DNA from: Macrostomum lignano
Lineage: Eukaryota
NCBI GenBank assembly: GCA_002269645.1
Contig: NIVC01001563.1
Span: 1-64,000 of the forward strand
Direction: 5' to 3'
DNA length: 64,000 nt
Part shown: in pieces, positions 37,601 through 48,400 of the stretch
Layout: each line of letters opens with the position of its first letter
Numbering within the stretch: position 1 is the first letter of the stretch
Notes under the pieces: generated by a model
The model's input: only the letters and a program-made list of their open reading frames with translations
What the model was told of the DNA's origin: nothing
Databases searched by the model: none
Position numbers and translations under genes: made by a program

Positions 37601-39751
37601 GGACTGTAGTACCAAGGAATTTAGCACCAGGGGCTGTAGTACCAGGGGCTTTAGCACCAAGGGCTGTAGTACCAGGGGCTTTAGCACCAGGGGCTTTAGT
37701 ACCAGGGACTTTAGTACCAGAGGCTTCAGCACCAGGGGCTTTAGCACCAGGGGCTTTAGCACCAGGGGCTTTAGCACCAGGGGCTTTAGTACCAGGGGCT
37801 TTAGCACCAGGGACTTTAGCACCAGGGGCTTTAGCACCAGGGGCTTTAGCACCAGGGACTGTAGTACCAAGGAATTTAGCACCAGGGGCTGTAGTACCAG
37901 GGGCTTTAGCACCAGGGACTGTAGTACCAAGGAATTTAGCACCAGGGGCTGTAGTACCAGGGGCTTTAGCACCAGGGGCTGTAGTACCAGGGGCTTTAGC
38001 ACCAGGGGCTTTAGTACCAGGGGCTTTAGCACCAGGGACTTTAGCACCAGGGGCTTTAGCACCAGGGGCTTTAGCACCAGGGACTGTAGTACCAAGGAAT
38101 TTAGCACCAGGGGCTGTAGTACCAGGGGCTTTAGCACCAGGGGCTTTAGTACCAGGGGCTTTAGCACCAGGGGCTTTAGTACCAGGGACTTTAGTACCAG
38201 AGGCTTCAGCACCAGGGGCTTTAGCACCAGGGGCTTTAGTACCAGGGGCTTTAGTACCAGGGACTTTAGCACCAGGGGCTTTAGCACCAGGGACTTTAGC
38301 ACCAGGGGCTTTAGTACCAGGGGCTTTAGTACCAGGGGCTTTAGCACCAGGGACTTTAGCAACAGGGGCTTTAGCACCAGGGGCTTTAGCACCAGGGACT
38401 GTAGTACAAGGAATTTAGCACCAGGGGCTGTAGTACCAGGGGCTTTAGCACCAAGGGCTGTAGTACCAGGGGCTTTAGCACCAGGGGCTTTAGTACCAGG
38501 GACTTTAGTACCAGAGGCTTCAGCACCAGGGGCTTTAGCACCAGGGGCTTTAGCACCAGGGACTGTAGTACCAAGGAATTTAGCACCAGGGGCTGTAGTA
38601 CCAGGGGCTTTAGCACCAGGGGCTGTAGTACCAGGGGCTTTAGCACCAGGGGCTTTAGCACCAGGGACTTTAGCACCAGGGGCTTTAGCACCAGGGGCTT
38701 TAGCACCAGGGACTGTAGTACCAAGGAATTTAGCACCAGGGGCTGTAGTACCAGGGGCTTTAGCACCAGGGGCTGTAGTACCAGGGGCTTTAGCACCAGG
38801 GGCTTTAGTACCAGGGGCTTTAGCACCAGGGACTTTAGCACCAGGGGCTTTAGCACCAGGGGCTTTAGCACCAGGGACTGTAGTACCAAGGAATTTAGCA
38901 CCAGGGGCTGTAGTACCAGGGGCTTTAGCACCAGGGGCTTTAGTACCAGGGGCTTTAGCACCAGGGGCTTTAGTACCAGGGACTTTAGTACCAGAGGCTT
39001 CAGCACCAGGGGCTTTAGCACCAGGGGCTTTAGCACCAGGGGCTTTAGCACCAGGGGCTTTAGCACCAGGGACTGTAGTACCAAGGAATTTAGCACCAGG
39101 GGCTGTAGTACCAGGGGCTTTAGCACCAGGGGCTGTAGTACCAGGGGCTTTAGCACCAGGGGCTTTAGCACCAGGGACTTTAGCACCAGGGGCTTTAGCA
39201 CCAGGGGCTTTAGCACCAGGGACTGTAGTACCAAGGAATTTAGCACCAGGGGCTGTAGTACCAGGGGCTTTAGCACCAGGGGCTGTAGTACCAGGGGCTT
39301 TAGCACCAGGGGCTTTAGTACCAGGGCTTTAGCACCAGGGACTTTAGCACCAAGGGCTTTAGCACCAGGGGCTTTAGCACCAGGGACTGTAGTACCAAGG
39401 AATTTAGCACCAGGGGCTGTAGTACCAGGGCTTTAGCACCAGGGGCTGTAGTACCAGGGGCTTTAGCACCAGGGGCTTTAGTACCAGGGACTTTAGTACC
39501 AGAGGCTTCAGCACCAGGGCTTTAATACCAGGAACACCAACTGTCAACTGATCTTTCAGCCTTGGTCTTGGGCACAACAGCTTACAGCTTTGTCATAAGC
39601 AGCCCAATTCTTTGCCATAATAAAGATGCTTATAGCTCATATTTTCCGTTATAGATAGCAATATTATCAGATAGAACTAGAATATTTGTTTTTCTGTCTG
39701 TCTGCAACAAAGAGAAATCACGCCTTGCTGCGACAGCGTTTCTTTATCGCT

Positions 39752-39802
<51 letters not shown>

Positions 39803-42800
39803 CCGCATCTCCATATCCCCCAGTCTGCCTCCGCAACTCACACCTCTGCCTTCCCTCACTAACGGCCGCCGGTCAATCGCCCCCAATGCCATACCATTTG
39901 CTCTTGTCGCCGAGGTGCAGGAAAAGCCGGGGGTGGGGTTGGCAAGCCGCAGTTAGAAGAAATCGATTGCATTGTGGCGGAGGTTGTGTGAACGGAGAGA
40001 GAGAGAAGCAGAAGAGAGAGACTGAGCTCTCTAATATGCCTTAAACTTCTCCCAGACCAGTTAAACCTGTTGCCAGGTGGGGCAGGCTGCGGGGGCGACG
40101 GGAGATCCCAGGGTTTTGGTTGTTGCGAGAGGATCGGGAGAATCAAACATTTATTATTGGGGGCAGAGTGGCCGAGCTTGGTCGAGAGTTTGAGACTTTG
40201 GAAGAAGTTGAGAAAGAGAAATATGAGCTTTAGGCACGGAGAGCCTTCTGCTGGGCAGGTGAGGTTCAAGGGGGGAGTAGAGTGAGGCAGCGAGGGAAGT
40301 AGTAGTAGAGGGAGGCAGGTTAGGGTAGAGGGAGGCAGGTTAGGGTAGAGGGAGGCAGGTTAGGGGTAGAGGGAAGCAGGTTAGGGGTAGAGGGAGGCAG
40401 GTTAGGGGTAGAGGGAGGCAGGTTGGAGGTGAAGGGAGGCAGGTTAGGGGTAGAGGGAGGCAGGTTAGGGGAGAGGGAGGCAGGTTAGGGGTAGAGGGAG
40501 GCAGGTTAGGGTAGAGGGAGGCAGGTTAGGGGAGAGGGAGGCAGGTTAGGGTAGAGGGAGGCAGGTTAGGGTAGAGGGAGGCAGGTTAGGGTAGAGGGAG
40601 GCAGGTTAGGGGTAGAGGGAGGCAGGTTAGAGGTGAAGGGAGGCAGATTAGGGGTAGAGAGTGCTGTGTAGAGAGGAGGGAAAACGGCAGTCAGTCAGGA
40701 CATGCAGAGTTGGAGCAGTAAATTAGGGTTGTGAAGTTCTCCAATGACAAATACGAGTGAATGAAGGCAGGCTGGCATGCAGCATCCGAGAGCAGGATAA
40801 ACAGTGCTCAGTGTGTAACTGCACTGCCAGGCCTAAAAGTTGCCAATAGAATGGAACAGAGAATAAGCATTGTAGACATTCTAATAATGGGAAAGACCGC
40901 GGAAGAGGGGAGCAGAGGACTCATTATCAGGCATCAGTTCTCCATAAGCTGTCGTGTTATAACAGCAACAGGAAGCGCTTAAGGTTTGCAGAGCGTTGAA
41001 AGCAGCGGCTGTGCCTTTAGCCGCGACAAGAGTTGCCTCACGTCAGAGAGCAGTCAGTAGGTTCGCAATCAGCCAGTTCATCTCACTGCACGCCTCTCTT
41101 TCTAAGCGGCTCAGAAATCTCATAGGTATTATTCCCCAGGGCCTCCAACCTCCTTCTCAACCAATTCTTGTCTCCAAGTTGGGTCGCTCAGTCAGACTTG
41201 CCGTAAATGGAAGCGGAGGGCGGGAGAAGGTTGCATGCTCTCTCAGCAGCAAGGGGAGGTGGGTGGGTGGAGGAAAATGTATTCTACCCAACCCCATCCC
41301 CAATATCAACGCAGCTGCGCCTCTCGGCTCGGGGCCTCTCGCACTTCTCTTAGCCAGCGCACCGCATATGGAAATTGGAAAGCAAAACCAAACGGCGTCA
41401 ATCTCGCTTTCTTGTTCTCGCCTTTGACGGCCGGAAAGGTTAAGTGCGGCAATAACTGCCCAGTCATTTGCGCAGAAGGCTTTGAACATTGAAATATAGA
41501 AGTAATGCATTTTGAGTGCCTAAAGATATAGCTCATTGCTTCTCCCCTGCGATTCAATAGTCTGAATTCAGCAGGCAGGGCTCAGTCACACCCAGCAGAA
41601 TCAGCAGGCAGGGCTCAGTCACACCCAGCAGACTCAGCAGGCAGGGCTCAGTCACACCCAGCAGACTCAGCAGGTAGGGCTCAGTCACACCCAGCAGATT
41701 CAGCAGGCAGGGCTCAGTCACACCCAGCAGACTCAGCAGGTAGGGCTCAGTCACACCCAGCAGATTCAGCAGGCAGGGCTCAGTCACACCCAGCAGATTC
41801 AGCAGGCAGGGCTCAGTCACACCAGCAGCAGACTCAGCAGGCAGGGCTCAGTCACACCCAGCAGACTCAGCAGGCAGGGCTCAGTCACACCCAGCAGACT
41901 CAGCAGGCAGGGCTCAGTCACACCCAGCAGACTCAGCAGGCAGGGCTCAGTCACACCCAGCAGACTCAGCAGGCAGGGCTCAGTCACACCCAGCAGACTC
42001 AGCAGGCAGGGCTCAGTCACACCCAGCAGACTCAGCAGGCAGGGCTCAGTCACACCCAGCAGACTCAGCAGGCAGGGCTCAGTCACACCCAGCAGACTCA
42101 GCAGGCAGGGCTCAGTCACACCCAGCAGACTCAGCAGGCAGGGCTCAGTCACACCCAACAGACTCAGCAGGCAGGGCTCAGTCACACCCAACAGACTCAG
42201 CAGGCAGGGCTCAGTCACACCCAACAGACTCAGCAGGCAGGGCTCAGTCACACCCAACAGACTCAGCAGGCAGGGCTCAGTCACACCCAACAGACTCAGC
42301 AGGCAGGGCTCAGTCACACCCAACAGACTCAGCAGGCAGGGCTCAGTCACACCCAACAGACTCAGCAGGCAGGGCTCAGTCACACCCAACAGACTCAGCA
42401 GGCAGGGCTCAGTCACACCCAACAGACTCAGCAGGCAGGGCTCAGTCACACCCAACAGACTCAGCAGGCAGGGCTCAGTCACACCCAACAGACTCAGCAG
42501 GCAGGGCTCAGTCACACCCAACAGACTCAGCAGGCAGGGCTCAGTCACACCCAACAGACTCAGCAGGCAGGGCTCAGTCACACCCAACAGACTCAGCAGG
42601 CAGGGCTCAGTCACACCCAACAGACTCAGCAGGCAGGGCTCAGTCACACCCAACAGACTCAGCAGGCAGGGCTCAGTCACACTCAGCAGGCAGGCTCAGT
42701 CACACCCAACAGACTCAGCAGGCAGGGCTCAGTCACACTCAGCAGGCACTCAGTCACACCCAACACTGCCACGTTGCTCCCATTTCGATCGGGCACACTT

Positions 42801-42966
42801 CCGCTCCATGACTTGCTGTCCTCTCTTCTCTGCTTTTCTGTCTCCTCCGCTCCGATGCCAACCCAGCAGCCCAGGGCCCTGCTATGCCAAGCGCTCCCCC
42901 GCCCTTTGCTTCTTCCAACTTCCTGCAAAGAGAAAGACACACAGACACACGCAGCTCTGCCTCACT

Positions 42967-43042
<76 letters not shown>

Positions 43043-44646
43043 ACTAGCGCGCTGCATCTGTCATATGGCTCAGCTTCCGTCATCATAGCCCACTTCGGTC
43101 CAACTCCGCTCTGCATCCCAAAAAATCTCAAATCTCGCCCAACAAGACAGGGCAGCCAGCCGCCTCCCTCTGCAAGCTCTTCGGGATAACAGAATAAAGA
43201 TGATGAAGAGAGTTGGAGCCTGACAGGAGTCAGGGAAGAAATGCAAATTTCTACAATAATGCATCGGACATCCACAAGGCATCGTCAGGCCAGTAAGAAA
43301 TCAATGCCGGCTGTCGAAATATTGGCCAAATATCAGATGGTATTGGAAGTGGTGGAAGCTGTATCCAAGGGAGAAAATAAGGTGCTGCGTGAGGAGGGGA
43401 TTAAGACGGGGTGGGGATTTTATAATGATACAGAATCCCGGATCCGTAAAAATGGGAGACGAGAATGGGTTTGGGGGTTCAGTCAGCCCTGGGAGCTAGC
43501 TTTTCTCGAGGAAGCGAGGAAAGGGTAGAATTAAAGTAGAGAAAGCTGCAGTGGATCATTGTCCACCCCTCCCTACTGCGCTATCATCACTCCCTGTGGC
43601 TTGCCTACACAGCTTACATTCGCTTAATATTTGGGCAGCTGCGAACGGGCCATTCGTGACTCGAATCCTCACTGGGGGTGCAGCTGATGCCAGCGGCTTA
43701 GGGGGGGGGGCGCCCAGAGAAAAAGCTTATCCTGGATTGCTGCTTCAGTGCTATTGGCGAGACTTCACTTTTGATGCATTGGTGTGGGATTAAATCTGGC
43801 TGAACCCCGGGCAAGGACGCTAATTCGCTCGCGACTGCGGCAAGAGGTGAGGAGGGAGGAGGAGATGAGAGGAGAGGAGATGAGAGGAGAGGGGATAAAA
43901 GGAGAGGAGAGGAGAGGAGAGGAGATGAGACGAGAGAAGAGGAGAGGAGAGGAGAGGAGATGAGATGAGATGAGATGAGATGAGATGAGATGAGATGAGA
44001 TGAGATGAGATGAGATGAGATGAGATGAGATGAGATGAGATGAGATGAGAGGAACAAAGAGGAGAGGAAAGAGATCAAGGTACAAATCGAAAGAAAAATC
44101 CAGTCGGGTATCGCAGGTTCCGCCAGCGACATCCCGAAGGCGCCCGGAAGCGCCCGGAGGCGCAGCCACTCACTTGTCGTCTTTCTCGTGCTGCGTGAGC
44201 TCGATGCCTCCGAGCTGTGAGTCCAGCGACTCGCCCGACACGCCCTGCCGTTTCAGCCGCTCCCGCGGGTTCGTGCCCGGGCCCGCCTTGGCCGCCGGCG
44301 CCCGGGGCCCGCCGTGGCCTCCATGCAGAGCTTCGGCAACGTCGCTGCCGACAGCCAAGTCCAGGGCGGAGCGCAGCCGCGCGATCTCCAGCCGGAGCAC
44401 CGAGATCTCCGTTCGCTGGATCTCCACCAGCTGTCGAAGCTCCTCGTTTGACGCCTGGGCGTCCCGCAGTCGATCGGCCTGGCGCTGGCACTCCAGCTTC
44501 AGCCGCGAGGCCGCATGCTGGCTGTCCATCGAGGAGCCGCTGCTAGAGGCGCCGGCGGCTCGCGGGGAGGCGGCGGGCGCTGCCTGACCCTCCGCCACTG
44601 GCGACCCTGAAGCCGCAGCCGCCGGCTGTGCACCGGTGGCTGGCAT
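27468..44646 (-). CDS. PRKG: cGMP-dependent protein kinase (PKG), 16 coding exons, one apparent +1 frameshift at 35949-35951
   Basis: Exons on the minus strand: 44174-44646, 35807-35974, 34991-35104, 34439-34544, 33527-33590, 33370-33447, 32600-32688, 32424-32489, 32193-32321, 31542-31656, 30923-31062, 30620-30709, 30382-30523, 29499-29662, 28238-28490, 27468-27563. Features: coiled coil + KRQGVSGES autoinhibitory segment; [20 protein letters not shown]; [20 protein letters not shown]; [10 protein letters not shown]; RDLKPEN; DFGFAK...[10 protein letters not shown]; C-terminus [12 protein letters not shown]. All junctions are GT-AG and phase-compatible once the extra base is removed. Confidence 0.96.
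27655..28170. repeat. 21/24-bp minisatellite (ggagtgaggtgggtgttcaggaac) in the last PKG intron
   Basis: Direct periodicity. Confidence 0.94.
28580..29445. repeat. (GT)n microsatellite followed by a 32-bp dimeric minisatellite (ggagtgtcggtgttat + ggagtgtcgatatgat)
   Basis: Two related 16-bp subunits alternate. Confidence 0.95.
29745..30270. repeat. 12-bp minisatellite (aatccacctcag) in a PKG intron
   Basis: Direct periodicity with variants. Confidence 0.93.
31262..31512. repeat. 31-bp minisatellite (gagactggaggggaatcgagaagggtattca), ~8 copies
   Basis: Direct periodicity in PKG intron 31063-31541. Confidence 0.93.
31738..32182. repeat. 16-bp minisatellite (cactcagtcacaccgt)
   Basis: Direct periodicity in PKG intron 31657-32192. 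It explains ORFs 31567, 31700 and 31779. Confidence 0.96.
32705..33345. repeat. ~40-46-bp minisatellite (atggattgctagactagccaacatggccgggcgattggggaataga)
   Basis: Direct periodicity in PKG intron 32689-33369. Confidence 0.94.
33650..34420. repeat. 31-bp minisatellite (gagggtagatatcagcctagtgattgactgt), ~24 copies
   Basis: Direct periodicity in PKG intron 33591-34438. Confidence 0.96.
35122..35762. repeat. 15-bp minisatellite (gtggtgcgggtatct), ~42 copies
   Basis: Fills PKG intron 35105-35806. Confidence 0.96.
36005..36580. repeat. 15-bp minisatellite (gagtaatgagtgatt), ~38 near-perfect copies
   Basis: Direct periodicity at the 3' end of the large PKG intron. Confidence 0.97.
37150..39530. 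repeat. 15-bp satellite (accaggggctttagc), ~158 copies with higher-order structure
   Basis: Direct periodicity. The variant aggcttcagc recurs at 37721, 38201, 38515, 38995 and 39503. Confidence 0.97.
40290..40660. repeat. 20-21-bp G-rich minisatellite (gagggaggcaggttaggggta)
   Basis: Direct periodicity. Most units contain TTAGGG plus GG/GGG runs. Confidence 0.94.
41560..42765. repeat. 33-bp minisatellite (cagcagactcagcaggcagggctcagtcacacc), ~36 copies
   Basis: Direct periodicity. It explains ORFs 41554 and 41817. Confidence 0.97.
42965..43040. repeat. (CT)n microsatellite
   Basis: Perfect dinucleotide run. Similar (AG)n runs occur at ~39753-39800 and ~48680-48706. Confidence 0.97.
43845..44052. 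repeat. Pentanucleotide (GAGAG/GAGAT)n tract
   Basis: Direct periodicity just inside the donor end of the large PKG intron. Confidence 0.95.
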
Positions 44647-44679
44647 CCTTTGCCTGCGGGTTGGGAAGGTGTGAATGAC

Positions 44680-45266
44680 TGGATGCTGAGTGATGTTCTG
44701 GGATGCTGAGTGATGTTCTGGGATGCTGAGTGATGTTCTGGGATGCTGAGTGATGTTCTGGGATGCTGAGTGATGTTCTGGGATGCTGAGTGATGTTCTG
44801 GGATGCTGAGTGATGTTCTGGGATGCTGAGTGATGTTCTGGGATGCTGAGTGATGTTCTGGGATGCTGAGTGATGTTCTGGGATGCTGAGTGATGTTCTG
44901 GGATGCTGAGTGATGTTCTGGGATGCTGAGTGTGGATTCGGGATGCTGAATGGTCAGGATTCGGGATGCTGAGTGAGGATTCGGAATGCTGAGTGAGGTT
45001 TCGGGATGCTGAGTGGTCAGGATTCGGGATGCTGAGTGAGGATTCGGGATGCTGAGTGAGGATTCGGGATGCTGAGTGAGGTTTCGGGATGCTGAGTGAG
45101 GTTTCGGGATGCTGAGTGGTCAGGATTCGGGATGCTGAGTGAGGATTCGGGATGCTGAGTGAGGATTCGGGATGCTGAGTGAGGTTTCGGGATGCTGCGT
45201 GAGGTTTCGGGATGCTGAGTGGTCAGGATTCGGGATGCTGAGTGAGGATTCGGGATGCTGAGTGAG
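44680..45266. repeat. 20-bp minisatellite with two domains (gatgctgagtgatgttctgg, then gatgctgagtgaggattcgg variants)
   Basis: About 12 perfect copies are followed by a diverged 20/22-bp block. Confidence 0.95.
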
Positions 45267-45971
45267 TAATTGAGAGGCTGAGTTGGAGTTAGTTACTCAG
45301 GATTAAATGCGAAGGGTTATCAACTGACATCAAGCACTTCCCGCTGTCGAACCGGCCTCCCCTTAATCAGAAAGTGGCGCTTTGATCCCAATGGACCGCG
45401 CACAGATAGCATTTGTCGTTGCAAAGGCTCGCTTTAAAGAACTGAGTCACGATCGATAACACCAAGGGGATAAGGGAGTGCAAACAGAGGCTGGCATCCC
45501 AGCCTGAGTCTGGTGGTGGGGGGGGGGAATGGGGAAGTTTTCCCTGACAAAAAACGGCTTTCAAACACTGAATGCAAGGGGAAAATAGAAATTGTCCCCC
45601 GATTGGGGTGGTGGCTCAGCAGCCACAGCAGCATCTGGAGGGGGAAGGGGGGGACATTTTGGCGTGGGAAAAGCGAAATGGCGGCTCCGCCAGCAAGTTG
45701 CCGAGGCCAGGAGGCGCAGAGAGAAGTCACTCGCAAAGGGAAACTTTCCTCTCCTCCCGAACTCCTTTCTGTCCGGCCAAGCGCCTCATCGCCCGATGGG
45801 GCTGGCTGGTCGCATTTCCCGGCGCTTTGCTAAAGCTGTTCCCCCCCTTTTTTCACATTTTTTTCTCGGCTTACCAACCCACCCCATCAACCTCGGGGTA
45901 GTCTCTTTCCAGAATCTGCTTCTCGGCTGCCTCGCCCCGACCAAACTCCTGTCTGCTTTCCCAGAGCCCGT

Positions 45972-46004
<33 letters not shown>

Positions 46005-46644
46005 TCTCTGAGCAGATGGCGAAGCGATGGCCCCGCCCATCCCCAGCCTCCACCGTGCACGGAAAACACGGCAGTTTAGGCAGCTTTTTGCATCCCAGGT
46101 AGGCTGTTAGTTCGGTTGGCACTATAGCTGGCAGATACAGCGGGGCAGAGGCGAGAATGTCTCACCCTGTGCCCCCCATGCTGCCTCGCAGGATGGGGCG
46201 GGGCAGCCTGGTGATGATTGCTAAGTATGACAGCCGCTAGCTACTCCGGGTCCGGCTTCTGGTTTTTGTCTTCGCTCTGCTTTTGTTATAAAGTGCACGA
46301 ATAAATTGCATCCAATTTAATGGATTAAGCTGCGGACGAAATCGCGCTAATATAGTGAAGCTGGGCCAACCCCCCCCCCCAATCCGCAATTCCATTAGAA
46401 TGTCTCCATCGGCAGTCTAATAGTTGGGTTTCGTCAACTTCGTATATCTTGCCTGCAGTACTTTGTCGCACGAGAGAGTTAAAGAGGATCTAGATAATTT
46501 CACTAAAACGCATACAGTTTCTGTGCTTTCAATAATAGAATTTTGTTGGTTTTAAAAAGCTGAGTTATTTGATAGGTATATTTATTCACGTTAGATGAAG
46601 CATCAGTATCACTTAATGGACGAGATCGGCTTTCACATTGGGAC

Positions 46645-46845
46645 GCAGATCGAGAAAGTCGACTCTAGGCTAGATGTACACTCGCGGATCGGAGGGGAAT
46701 GAATGTACATTGGGGTAGAGAGACGCGATTGGAGAAAGTCGACTCTAGGCCAAATGTACACTTGCAGATCGGAGGTGAAGAATGTACAATGGGGGGTAGA
46801 GAGACACAGATCGAGAAAGTTGGCTCTGGGCTAGATGTACACTTG
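46645..46845. repeat. 80-bp tandem repeat, ~2.5 diverged copies
   Basis: gatcgagaaagtcgactctaggctagatgtacact-like motif at ~46648, ~46728 and ~46808. Confidence 0.85.
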
Positions 46846-47849
46846 GTTCCAATTTTATTGGACTTCGATTTCAAAGACTTAAGACGGCAAGGAGTATATT
46901 TTATGAGCCTGTTCAATATTCCCGAAGGCTCTCAGCTGACTGGGCACCGAACAGCGCGGTGTTGCTGTTCAACTGCTGCTGCAATTGTAGGCGGCCAGTC
47001 CAGGCAATGAATTATGCACAAGCGTCATGTCAAGACCATGTAGTATAGCCTATACTGATACTGCACGCTCACTTTCAACCCGTGCTTAACCGCCGCACAA
47101 CCCGCTGCGGTACTCGGGGGGGGGGCATGATTAACAGCCAGCCCCCTAGAGAGGTATTAGAAGCGGCTAATAGAAGCATACGCTTATATAAGAACTGAAT
47201 GCTTGTACCGTCCGTCAGCTCAGCCTAACGAGTGTCAACCCCCACCAGAGTAGGAGGGCCTCCCCTTCCCCTATCGAAGACGCCGGGGGAACGGATCTCT
47301 TGCTGGAGGCACTACCCGCATCTCAAGGCTCTATGCAATATGCACCCATCCATCAGCTGAATTTCTGTATTCTTGTTGATGCAGAAAAAGCGGCAACAAC
47401 AGCAGCAGCCCGGGTGTCGCGTGAATTTTCTGCGAGTGTTTCGATTGTCCTCTGGCTTGACAACAAAAAAGGAAGAAGGGAGAGGGGGGGAGAGAGGCTA
47501 GAAAAGCACGATGAAGCTGAGCTGTCATTGTTGAGCTGGCATTATTGCCGCCAATCTGCATTTGACGCGAACCCTCTGAGCCCGTGTCTCCCGCTACCGA
47601 ACCAGCTTGCTGTCTGCCTGACAGCAGAGCTGAGCTAAATACAGGCTTTTAATTCGTGATTGGGTTAGGTTAGTGTGTTGGGGTAGCTAAAGTAGTTGGA
47701 TAGGGCAGTTTGGCAGTTAGCGGGGTAGGCTACTAGGGGAGGGCTGGTGGTAGCTTTTTTAATAAGAGTACTTGAATAGAGTGGTGTGTAAATTTGTGTG
47801 GAATTTGTCAAAGTAGCTGAGTGGAGTCGCTGGATGAGTGGCTGTGTAG

Positions 47850-48228
47850 CTAGGTAGAGTAGCTGGGTAGAGTAGCTGGGTAGAGTAGCTTGGTAGAGTA
47901 GATAGGTAGAGTAGCTTGGTAGAGTAGCTGGGCAGAGTAGCTGGGTAGAGTAGATAGGTAGAGTAGCTTGGTAGAGTAGCTGAGTAGAGTAGCTGAGTAG
48001 AGTAGCTGGGTAGAGTAGCTGGGTAGAGTAGCTTGGTAGAGTAGCTGGGTAGAGTAGCTGGGTAGAGTAGCTGCGTAGAGTAGCTGGGTAGAGTAGCTGG
48101 GTAGAGTAGCTGGGTAGAGTAGCTGGGTAGAGTAGCTGGGTAGAGTAGTTGGGTAGAGTAGCTGGGTAGAGTAGCTGGGTAGAGTAGCTGGGTAGAGTAG
48201 CTGGGTAGAGTAGCTGGGTAGAGTAGAG
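47850..48228. repeat. 14-bp-class minisatellite (gtagagtagctgg-type unit) next to a probable splice donor
   Basis: Direct periodicity. It explains ORF 47665. Confidence 0.9.
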
Positions 48229-48237
48229 TGAACTCAC

Positions 48238-48400
48238 CGAAAGAAGAGAGCGGCTAGCGACGCAATCTTGAATGCGCGGTTCTGCACTTTGCCGGGGCGC
48301 CCGTGCGGCGAATGCGCGATTAAAAATCTGTCAGTCGGTCAGCAAACCGATCTATGCGGTAATTCTCAGCGCTCGACTCTCGGTAGAGGCCCGGGGTATC
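48238..48400 (-). other. Probable upstream (5' UTR) exon of PKG; its 5' boundary is not determined
   Basis: Consensus donor CGG|GTGAGT at 48238/48237, and an acceptor cccgcag at 44655/44654 lying 7 nt before the PKG ATG. Confidence 0.5.

Noticed and set aside
37091-39306. 433-aa and 306-aa LVLKP ORFs and the elastin-like VPGAL ORF on the opposite strand
   Set aside because: These are stop-free frames of a 15-bp satellite inside a PKG intron. They are broken by single-base slips and have no non-repetitive domain.
41554-42680. [11 protein letters not shown]-repeat (LRR-like) protein
   Set aside because: It is a translation of the 33-bp intronic array and does not fit the LRR consensus.
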